A DNA stretch of 64,000 bases from IMG/VR virus record IMGVR_UViG_3300015606_001334, positions 64,001-128,000 of that record; one strand, written 5' to 3'. Position 1 is the stretch's first letter. Each line of letters begins with the position of its first letter. Positions 7,614 to 14,518 of this stretch are shown piece by piece. Both the position numbers and the translations under genes were made by a program. Under the pieces are notes generated by a model, which ran no database searches, was not told the DNA's origin, and saw only the letters and a list, made by a program, of their open reading frames with translations. The DNA is from a virus (taxonomy: Duplodnaviria; Caudoviricetes).

Positions 7614-8015
7614 TTATATCTTGAAATACTGGAATTCTACATAAGACTCAATTTCAGGAGGTTCCTTCAACATGATTTGAGTCTCAGTGATTTCAACATA
7701 AGCTTGTCTTGGTAGTTTTCGTCCATTGACAAAAACGAGGACTGAGTCAGTATGCATCACGTATGGAACATCAAGAGTAAACATCTGTTTGTCTTTGACA
7801 TCAATGTAAAATTCTTGACAGATCATTTTCCAAGCTGGCAGATCACCTAATGCTTTGTTCCAAATACCGTTTGCTTGAATGTAAAGTCCCTTCTTAACAG
7901 GATCCTTGCAATAAATGATTTGACCTTCTTCGAAGATGCCGTACTCAGGAACTTCATCATAGACTGGAATCTTAACCAGGTTTCTGATGACCTCTTCATT
8001 CGCATAAACTCTCAT
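7614..8015 (-). CDS. hypothetical protein, possibly virion-associated beta-sandwich module
   Basis: FTL..PY....SVLVFVNG..L....Y.E pattern seen in phage baseplate/tail proteins; AATAAATA upstream. Confidence 0.45.
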   Translation of the reverse strand: MRVYANEEVIRNLVKIPVYDEVPEYGIFEEGQIIYCKDPVKKGLYIQANGIWNKALGDLPAWKMICQEFYIDVKDKQMFTLDVPYVMHTDSVLVFVNGRKLPRQAYVEITETQIMLKEPPEIESYVEFQYFKI

Positions 8016-8055
8016 TTGTTTCTTCCTTATAGTTATGGATGAGATATTTATTGAT

Positions 8056-8129
8056 TGGCAGAGCGTGAGGGAATCGAACCCCCATCTGCGGACTTGGAAA
8101 CCGTTATGTTACCACTACACCAACGCTCT
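8056..8129 (-). tRNA. tRNA-Trp(CCA) with weakened anticodon stem
   Basis: ACGGT-TTCCAAG-TCCGC (A27:C43 and U31:U39 unpaired), U11-A24, G73-CCA. Confidence 0.75.
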
Positions 8130-8135
8130 ATATTT

Positions 8136-8210
8136 TGGTACTCCATACGGGATTTGAACCCGTCCGCCTACCTTGAAAGGGTAGTGACCTAACCGCTAGT
8201 CTAATGGAGT
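8136..8210 (-). tRNA. tRNA-Glu(TTC)
   Basis: CTACC-CTTTCAA-GGTAG, GGTTCAAAT, A-CCA. Confidence 0.9.
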
Positions 8211-8213
8211 ATA

Positions 8214-8285
8214 TGGCCCGCGGAAGAGGAGTCGAACCTCCAAGGCCAAGATTCGTAGTCTTAGCTCCATCCATTTGGCCCGCGG
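8214..8285 (-). tRNA. tRNA-Arg(ACG), reduced D arm
   Basis: TAAGA-CTACGAA-TCTTG, GGTTCGACT, G-CCA. Confidence 0.75.
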
Positions 8286-8293
8286 ATTTTTGT

Positions 8294-8371
8294 TGGGGCG
8301 ATCGACGGGACTTGAACCCGCAAGTACCTGATTCACAGTCAGGTGTGTCTACCAATTCCACCACGATCGCC
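8294..8371 (-). tRNA. tRNA-His(GTG) with encoded G-1
   Basis: CCTGA-CTGTGAA-TCAGG, G-1:C73, CCA. Confidence 0.9.
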
Positions 8372-8388
8372 ATAGTGAAAAATAAATC

Positions 8389-8475
8389 TGGCTAGGGAGG
8401 AAGGAGTCGAACCTTCACAAAGGCTTGCGCCGACAGAGTCAAAGTCTGTTGCTCTACCAGTTAAGCTACTCCCCA
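8389..8475 (-). tRNA. tRNA-Gln(TTG) with long variable arm
   Basis: ACAGA-CTTTGAC-TCTGT; V-arm GGC-GCAA-GCC; G-CCA. Confidence 0.85.
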
Positions 8476-8481
8476 ATTATT

Positions 8482-8585
8482 TGGCGGCGGATCAATTAAC
8501 CCAAACCTAGTCTAACCAACCGGCCGATTGGACTCGTCTATTGTGAGGGAAATTAGAAGAAGCTAGCATTCTAACTTAACCCGCC
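8482..8585 (-). ncRNA. CCA-terminated non-cloverleaf RNA
   Basis: GGCGGGTTAA/TTGATCCGCC terminal stem + G-CCA; internal hairpins TTAGAA/TTCTAA and CCAATCG/CGGTTGG; no T-loop or anticodon arm. Confidence 0.55.
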
Positions 8586-8660
8586 TGGTGCCAGCGATTG
8601 GTAACGATCCAACCTCTCAAGATTTTCAGTCTCGCGCTAATCCATCTCAGCTACACTGGC
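8586..8660 (-). tRNA. tRNA-Phe(GAA), atypical T-loop
   Basis: CGAGA-CTGAAAA-TCTTG; T-loop ATCGTTA; A-CCA. Confidence 0.85.
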
Positions 8661-8669
8661 ATTAAAATT

Positions 8670-8745
8670 TGGTGCACCCAGTCGGAATCGAACCGACGCT
8701 ACCATGCTCTTCAGGCATGTGCTCTACCAACTGAGCTACAGGTGC
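8670..8745 (-). tRNA. tRNA-Phe(GAA)
   Basis: CATGC-CTGAAGA-GCATG, GGTTCGATT, A-CCA. Confidence 0.9.
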
Positions 8746-8750
8746 ATATT

Positions 8751-8826
8751 TGGCACTGCGTACGGGTTTCGATCCCGTTGCCTCTACCGTGACAGGGTAG
8801 CGCTCTCCCAATTGAGCTAACGCAGT
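8751..8826 (-). tRNA. tRNA-Asp(GTC)
   Basis: CTACC-CTGTCAC-GGTAG; T-loop ATCGAAA; G-CCA. Confidence 0.88.
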
Positions 8827-8833
8827 ATTGATT

Positions 8834-8917
8834 TGGTACAGCGTGGGGGAATCGAACCCCAGCCCGAAGGCGGTACCTTGAAAGGGTACTGACCGTTACC
8901 AGCAGTCGACACGCTGT
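8834..8917 (-). tRNA. tRNA-Glu(TTC) with long variable arm
   Basis: GTACC-CTTTCAA-GGTAC; V-arm GCC-TTCG-GGC; A-CCA. Confidence 0.82.
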
Positions 8918-8934
8918 ATTAAAGATTGCTTAGG

Positions 8935-9009
8935 TCGGAGTGAGAGGATTTGAACCTCCGTCCTCCTCCTTCCAAGGGAGGCCGTCTACCAGGCTGACAT
9001 TACACTCCG
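8935..9009 (-). tRNA. tRNA-Pro(TGG), CCA not encoded
   Basis: CCTCC-CTTGGAA-GGAGG, GGTTCAAAT; ends A-CCT; flanked by a 12-bp inverted repeat. Confidence 0.82.
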
Positions 9010-9030
9010 CCTAAGCAATCTCTTTACTTC

Positions 9031-9438
9031 TTAAACTTCTTTGATTCTTCGAGCTAAGCTTCGATAACCATATCCAGCAGGGTGGATCTTGTCCTGGCTT
9101 AATTCTTGAACCTTTATCTCAATAGTCTTATCACCGTTTTTACTGGCGAGTTCCTCAACTATCTTTCTCTGTACAGGCTTGATACTCTTGCTTGGTAAAA
9201 TCCAAACAACCTGACCTGTAATGGAGCTTCTCAGCTTTTCTAGTGCTTCAAGAGTTTTGATCTGTTTGGTATCGTTTGTCCCAAGGCTGATAATCGTCAT
9301 TGGCAACTTCATGTTGAAGTCATGACGTTTAACGAAATCCTCAGAATTTATACCAGACTTTGCGTTTGCTTTGCATTCATGCATTACATTCGAAAGACCA
9401 TAAGCAATTGAGTCACCAATAATTAAACATTCAAGCAT
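9031..9438 (-). CDS. SGNH/GDSL hydrolase-like protein
   Basis: IIGDSIA, SLGTND, DKIHP blocks. Confidence 0.75.
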   Translation of the reverse strand: MLECLIIGDSIAYGLSNVMHECKANAKSGINSEDFVKRHDFNMKLPMTIISLGTNDTKQIKTLEALEKLRSSITGQVVWILPSKSIKPVQRKIVEELASKNGDKTIEIKVQELSQDKIHPAGYGYRSLARRIKEV

Positions 9439-9461
9439 ATTTTCCTTTTCAGTTTAAGTAA

Positions 9462-9536
9462 TGGTGGTGATGGCGGGAGTCGAACCCACTTGGTACTCCT
9501 TATGAGGGAGGCGCATAACCGTTCTGCCACATCACC
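9462..9536 (-). tRNA. tRNA-Met(CAT) (Ile2 not excluded)
   Basis: CCTCC-CTCATAA-GGAGT, GGTTCGACT, A-CCA. Confidence 0.85.
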
Positions 9537-9550
9537 AAAAGCTATCCAAT

Positions 9551-9563
9551 TTGTTAAAGAGCG
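9551..9563 (-). promoter_or_regulatory. boxA antitermination site
   Basis: CGCTCTTTAACAA versus rrn boxA TGCTCTTTAACA, 15 nt before the first tRNA. Confidence 0.8.
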
Positions 9564-9586
9564 TACTACTAAAAATCTGTGTTACT

Positions 9587-9624
9587 AAAACAATTAAGGG
9601 AAACCAATTTCTTGATTTCCCTTA
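9587..9624 (-). terminator. conditional (attenuator) terminator
   Basis: TAAGGGAAATCAA-GAAA-TTGGTTTCCCTTA then ATTGTTTT. Confidence 0.75.
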
Positions 9625-9684
9625 GTATTTTTACTTCTTAGAGATTTGTTACTTAAGCGTAACCATCTCCTTCAATACTAAGGG
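9619..9684 (-). promoter_or_regulatory. antiterminator hairpin competing with the terminator
   Basis: CCCTTAGTATT (9674-9684) is perfectly complementary to AATACTAAGGG (9619-9629); inner GAGAT/ATCTC and GTTAC/GTAAC stems. Confidence 0.75.
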
Positions 9685-9796
9685 CCTTACAAGGTTCATC
9701 ATCATGCATAAACTCTGGGCGGCGATCGCACTGCTCAGTGCGCTGCCACTGGCAGAAATCCTGATCAAATTGTTGTGCGAAAGTTGCGAAGTTCAT
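9653..9796 (-). CDS. tRNA-array attenuator leader peptide, 47 aa (not in ORF track)
   Basis: MNFATFAQQFDQDFCQWQRTEQCDRRPEFMHDDEPCKALSIEGDGYA; AAGGA upstream; composition mirrors the downstream tRNAs. Confidence 0.8.
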   Translation of the reverse strand: MNFATFAQQFDQDFCQWQRTEQCDRRPEFMHDDEPCKALSIEGDGYA

Positions 9797-9895
9797 GATG
9801 TTGCTAAGTCCTTGTAAAAAGTTAATGTTGCATATTACTATATATTAGATTCGGCAGAATTTTTGTTTTTCTGCTGTTATCCAACCGTTAGATGA

Positions 9896-9924
9896 ATTAT
9901 ATCATTTCTACCGGATTTGTAAAC
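9896..9924 (-). promoter_or_regulatory. early promoter of leader/tRNA array
   Basis: GTTTACA-N16-TATAAT. Confidence 0.75.
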
Positions 9925-10523
9925 AGTTTTGTTGAAAAAAGTTGAAGCATCAGAGAGTTGAACCTGATCCAAAACACCGACTCCACTGGGTAGGCCGTAT
10001 GTTTGAAGTACCGTACTGCTTCAACATGTAGAGAATTATAAATCGTTTTTCTGAAGTTGTAAACTGTTTTCAATAATTTTTTAATGATGTTGTTGATACC
10101 ACCAAATGAAATCATCGATTTGCGCCCTGAAGATTTCCAAACATCCACCCAACCTGGAGGATATGGAAGCACAAATTCTCCTGCAGTGTATGCAGTCGTC
10201 ATCATTTCTAGAACTATGCTGGCTGCGTCAATTTTGGCAACGCTATGTTTGGTGTACAAATCCGACAGTTTATGTTCAAGTTTGAATTCTTTGCGCAACA
10301 GATTGGCAATAATTGTAGCACCAGCCCTGGCAAACATGTCATCGTCTGTCATTCCAAGATGGTAACCACGATGGGATGCCCAAGCCCTTCTAACTGAGCG
10401 AGTTCGCTCTAACAAACTCTGTGTTTCATCAGTCTTTTTATTGATGCGCTTTAAGGCTTTGTATTCTTTCGTGTTCTTGAACGCTGTCGAGATCAGAAGT
10501 TCTTGTGTGGTCAAAGTGCTCAT
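9897..10523 (-). CDS. hypothetical protein
   Basis: long ORF; probable start MSTLTT. Confidence 0.55.
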   Translation of the reverse strand: MSTLTTQELLISTAFKNTKEYKALKRINKKTDETQSLLERTRSVRRAWASHRGYHLGMTDDDMFARAGATIIANLLRKEFKLEHKLSDLYTKHSVAKIDAASIVLEMMTTAYTAGEFVLPYPPGWVDVWKSSGRKSMISFGGINNIIKKLLKTVYNFRKTIYNSLHVEAVRYFKHTAYPVESVFWIRFNSLMLQLFSTKLFTNPVEMI

Positions 10524-10638
10524 TACGCATATCCACCGTGGTTGACTTTGTGCGCAATTTCGGCTTTGCAATATTCGATTGCCGATTGAGCATCACCTTC
10601 AGCGCCCTTCTTGCAAAGGTCCCAATAGTTGCGCATTT

Positions 10639-11196
10639 TTACACCTTCTTGTAGAGACGTGTAATTGCGAGATGGAAACCTTCGCGGACGTATTCGATGT
10701 CGGTGTTCAGGTCTTCAGCCGTCTGAGGTACCCGAATAATTTCGAAACCGTACGTTTGTTGGATGAGATTACCAGGGATTTGAGCCAGAACTTCAGCAAC
10801 TGACGGCTTGAAGAAACCGTAATAGCCATAGCCATGGTAAGTACGAATGTCGCAAAGTGTTTCGAGCTGAGGAAGCTCTTCTTCCTTGAACTTCGGATCC
10901 CACGTGTAAGCAGTGCTGACCAAATCAGCGATATCGACGATCTTTCCTTTGATGATCGGCTTGATGCGAGAAGCGCGAAGCTCGATTTCTTCGAGTGGCA
11001 TGAGCGGAATCAGCTCAACAAAGTCTGCAACGGTGCAGAGCTCGTCAGAAAAAGCCCACTCTTTCCACAACACATCGTTCTTGATAGACCACGCAGTACC
11101 AAAATCGGTTTTCTTGAAGCGCTCTCCACCTTCGTAGAAGTGAGCGCCAATTTCGAGTTCAGAAAACGGTTTCTTGATTTGGGTAGGGTAGGCCAT
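10639..11196 (-). CDS. hypothetical phage protein
   Basis: 185 aa, GGAG SD, early promoter. Confidence 0.7.
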   Translation of the reverse strand: MAYPTQIKKPFSELEIGAHFYEGGERFKKTDFGTAWSIKNDVLWKEWAFSDELCTVADFVELIPLMPLEEIELRASRIKPIIKGKIVDIADLVSTAYTWDPKFKEEELPQLETLCDIRTYHGYGYYGFFKPSVAEVLAQIPGNLIQQTYGFEIIRVPQTAEDLNTDIEYVREGFHLAITRLYKKV

Positions 11197-11256
11197 CGAG
11201 AATCTCCATCAAAATGTATGACAATTATATCAACATGACTGGAGAAGTAAACGATC

Positions 11257-11925
11257 TTATCCTTCTTTTGATAGCTCTAGCAGATACTTGGAGTGATACT
11301 CATTGAAGAAGTTCATGAACTCATGGTAAGAGTCAAGAGCTTTCTTTGGTGCTTCAAACTTCTGTAGCTTCTCTAGCGAAATGTGAGGCATGTTTGGCCA
11401 GTGATTGCCACGAGATTGCATAAATGCATGAGCCTCAATCTTCTGAGCAATCTTGTCAGCGTGCTTGATGATCTTCTCTTGAGTTTCAGTCGGTTCTGGT
11501 AGGCTGAATGCTTGATAGATCGCAGACATTAGGTTATGCTCAACCTTCTTTACGATTACTCGAAGTTCTGGGATCTGCTTAACTGGAGAAGGAATGTCAC
11601 CAGTGTAGATTTCTGAAGCATCATGCAAAGCTGCCATAATAATGGTTTGATATGGCTCTGCTCCTGAAATATGGAGATCACCAATTTCCTTTTGCATGAA
11701 CTTCAGCTCAGGATAATTGATCAAGTCGACATCGTTGAAGATGTTTCGTACTTCTCTAGCTACAAACAACGAGTGTTGAGCTACGTTGTATGGGACTTCT
11801 GTGATAGTATGACCGCAGAATCTTGGCATACGAGACAAACCCCAACCGATATCGTCAATACAGATTTGATCGGGAGAGGGCTCAATAACATTTACAACCT
11901 TACCGGTTACAGTCTCAAGATACAT
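11257..11925 (-). CDS. HD-domain 5'-deoxynucleotidase (YfdR/YfbR-like)
   Basis: RMPRFCGHT..YNVAQHS..LHDASEIYTGDIPSPVK..AD. Confidence 0.85.
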   Translation of the reverse strand: MYLETVTGKVVNVIEPSPDQICIDDIGWGLSRMPRFCGHTITEVPYNVAQHSLFVAREVRNIFNDVDLINYPELKFMQKEIGDLHISGAEPYQTIIMAALHDASEIYTGDIPSPVKQIPELRVIVKKVEHNLMSAIYQAFSLPEPTETQEKIIKHADKIAQKIEAHAFMQSRGNHWPNMPHISLEKLQKFEAPKKALDSYHEFMNFFNEYHSKYLLELSKEG

Positions 11926-11937
11926 TGTCTTTCCTTT

Positions 11938-12987
11938 TTAGTCGTAGAACGCTAGTTCTCTTAGTCGTCTTCCATCATCGAAGATGGATTCAATTTTAAG
12001 CATATTCACTAAGCCAGATCTTGACATGACTTCTTGGAATGAGTCAAGAAACTTCTTCTTGTCATCATGCAATTGACCATGGCGTGGCAACTGATAGAAC
12101 CAAGCAAAAATATCTTTTGCCACATGGTTTGTGTTCTCAAGCAAAGCAATCAAATCACCAAGAGCGCTGAAAAATTCTGGGGCAGCAGTACGTTCAGTAA
12201 AGAGTCTATACTCGTCTTTGTACAAATCCGCCTCAGTAATGACCGTCATTTTCTTAATGGCATTCTGAAGAGTTCTGGAAAAACCTCGATAGGCCTTTGA
12301 ATGAACTACCACATCCTTCGCTTCACTATCACCAGAATATTCATCTAGCATGTAGGCGATAAGGGCTGCACGGTACAATCTTGGAACGAATTTCTTTTCA
12401 GAAACCTTTATAGCATTTCTGCCGTCATGAAGGAATGATCGTTTTCCGTCCAAGCTAAAGTCAAATGTGACAGTTGCTGCAGGTATTGCGTCAACAATTT
12501 GCTTCAAGTATCCCAAAATCATGTCATAATCTTCTTCGATTAGCATGCTTAGGATTGTGTCGTGATGAGGATGGTTCTTAATTTCCTCGTGGTCAAATGA
12601 CAAAATTCCGTCGGTCAAGGTAAGATGATCAAAGAAGAATTTCGCAAACTCTTTACGCTTTCTTTGGATCATGATATTGAAAATCGGCGATCCAGTAAAT
12701 TCCTTTAAGAAGGGGATGAAAGCATCTTCGCTAGCCAGAAGTTCATCAAACTTTCCAACAACGAGATTCTTGATTTCAGGATTCTCTTTGAAAATATCCG
12801 ATACTTCAGGATGATGCCAACGATCTTCCGAATCTTTAACGTTAAAGTTGCCCCAACGAATTACAGATTTAGCTTTCTCTACAGAGTCAATTGACTCAAC
12901 GGCAGATACAATTGCGTCATTGATACGCTTGTTGTATTCTTCTTTCCAATTATCGGATTCAAAAATTCTTAGGTCGGCGATTTTCAT
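11938..12987 (-). CDS. late hypothetical protein, probable internal head protein
   Basis: MKIADLRIFESD N-terminus, AATAAATA upstream. Confidence 0.55.
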   Translation of the reverse strand: MKIADLRIFESDNWKEEYNKRINDAIVSAVESIDSVEKAKSVIRWGNFNVKDSEDRWHHPEVSDIFKENPEIKNLVVGKFDELLASEDAFIPFLKEFTGSPIFNIMIQRKRKEFAKFFFDHLTLTDGILSFDHEEIKNHPHHDTILSMLIEEDYDMILGYLKQIVDAIPAATVTFDFSLDGKRSFLHDGRNAIKVSEKKFVPRLYRAALIAYMLDEYSGDSEAKDVVVHSKAYRGFSRTLQNAIKKMTVITEADLYKDEYRLFTERTAAPEFFSALGDLIALLENTNHVAKDIFAWFYQLPRHGQLHDDKKKFLDSFQEVMSRSGLVNMLKIESIFDDGRRLRELAFYD

Positions 12988-13019
12988 AAAAATAGCTCAG
13001 TGGTTGACTGAGCTATTTA

Positions 13020-13574
13020 TTAAAGTAAGCGATTGATGAGGACCTTCGCACGATCAATCAAGACCTTTTGGAAATCCGATCCTTCATACTGACCGTACAT
13101 CTTTTCCAATCCTTCGATGAACATTCTCTTTTCTCTAACCCACCGAGGTCTAAAATCGTCCGGAAGAGAGTGCCCTTCTTCAAGATTCGCAACTACATCG
13201 GCGGCCTTCACATTATGATTTTGGAAGTTGCCAGTCATGTAGTGATGAAAATCAATTTTGACACGAACAGATCGATTACCGTCTTCCTTCTTGCTGATCT
13301 TCATTGAATGTTGAATGATAGAGAGAACTGCGGATCCAAATCTAAGATCAATTTCTATTTCAAGAAGTTTTTTGGCGTCATCACCCTCTGTATCTTCGAT
13401 AGTATCATGGAGCAGCCCTGCAATTACTTCTTCGATAGGACGGCCTAGCTCGATTAGGATGTCAGCAACACGGATTGGGTGATTGATGTAAGGAGTTCCA
13501 TCGGCTCGAACCTGATGACGATGGATTTCAGTCGCAAGTGCTAGAGCATCTTGGTAGTCTTTAGTGTCTTTCAT
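13020..13574 (-). CDS. small alarmone ((p)ppGpp) hydrolase, SpoT/Mesh1-like HD domain
   Basis: H..Q.R.DG.PYI.HP..VA, AGLLHDTIEDT, VKAAD..NL. Confidence 0.85.
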   Translation of the reverse strand: MKDTKDYQDALALATEIHRHQVRADGTPYINHPIRVADILIELGRPIEEVIAGLLHDTIEDTEGDDAKKLLEIEIDLRFGSAVLSIIQHSMKISKKEDGNRSVRVKIDFHHYMTGNFQNHNVKAADVVANLEEGHSLPDDFRPRWVREKRMFIEGLEKMYGQYEGSDFQKVLIDRAKVLINRLL

Positions 13575-13879
13575 CTTCTTCTTTTCTTCTTTCGATCTTG
13601 GGTTTCATCAGTGCCCGAATAGTAGTCGATAGGTTTCTTTCGAACCCATGGGATAAACTTCTGAAATTCAGAGTGTTCTTTGATTCTATCCCAGGTATGA
13701 TAGAAGTTCAGTAGTTCCCGCTCAGTGAACGTCGCATGGATCTTGCGATGGCAGATCTTGTGGACAGTGAACGTTTCCTTCCCACCGAAGGTCTTCGGAA
13801 TTAGATGATGTTCATCTACCAGAACCTCACCCAAAGGTCTTGAACAAATTGGACACAACTTTTCTTGCATGTTTCTCAC
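13571..13879 (-). CDS. small HNH endonuclease
   Basis: CPIC...HHLIPK..GG...CHRKIH. Confidence 0.75.
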   Translation of the reverse strand: MRNMQEKLCPICSRPLGEVLVDEHHLIPKTFGGKETFTVHKICHRKIHATFTERELLNFYHTWDRIKEHSEFQKFIPWVRKKPIDYYSGTDETQDRKKKRRR

Positions 13880-13906
13880 CTGACGTTTTGCAACATTATA
13901 TCACAA

Positions 13907-14518
13907 TTACTGAGGTAAGGAAACTCTTGTTTGAAAAATTAGTGGCTTAGTTGAGTCGATCATCGTTGGAAAGATGACTTGAGTGTTGTGTCCAGTCAAA
14001 GTTGTTACTTGCTTAGCTATGTCTTGCATCATCTCTCTTCGCGTAGTTCTGAAGTGATCGAACAAAACGTAAATCGGATGAACTTCGAAAATTATTTGAC
14101 CGCCTGGTTCAACGAATGTAGACATCCATTCTACGTCTTTAGCGATCTGCTCGGGAGTTTTGTACTTCAGCCAATATCCAGTTAATGCGATTGCGTTTTG
14201 ACATTGCATCTTTTTGAGGACATCAAGAGACGGATCCAAATAATGGATTACTCTAGGATCAATTTTAGTGTCATAGTCACGGAATCCTACGACATAAAGT
14301 TGGTTGATTAGGTCCTTCATATGGAGACCGCTAACACCAAAACTTATGGTAGAACCTTTATCCAAAAGATCTGCAATGTCTTTATGTCGTTGACTTATTT
14401 TGGCTACTCCATGTCTGCTTTGAATGTATGAGCGGACATTTTGGAAATTGCTTCTCAGATAGAGCTTGAATTTTGATAGCTCAGATTTATACGGATGATC
14501 GTACGATTCGATGCTCAT
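13907..14518 (-). CDS. degenerate methyltransferase-fold protein
   Basis: VEPGGQIIF motif only. Confidence 0.4.
   Translation of the reverse strand: MSIESYDHPYKSELSKFKLYLRSNFQNVRSYIQSRHGVAKISQRHKDIADLLDKGSTISFGVSGLHMKDLINQLYVVGFRDYDTKIDPRVIHYLDPSLDVLKKMQCQNAIALTGYWLKYKTPEQIAKDVEWMSTFVEPGGQIIFEVHPIYVLFDHFRTTRREMMQDIAKQVTTLTGHNTQVIFPTMIDSTKPLIFQTRVSLPQ

Noticed and set aside
8056-8129. Reading this tRNA as Gly(TCC)
   Set aside because: Stem register (CGG/CCG) centres the loop on CCA, and G73 fits Trp
8128-8792. ORFs 8128-8373, 8204-8395, 8598-8792, 5611-5823, 5869-6090
   Set aside because: They overlap tRNA/ncRNA genes; translations are typical tRNA shadow peptides
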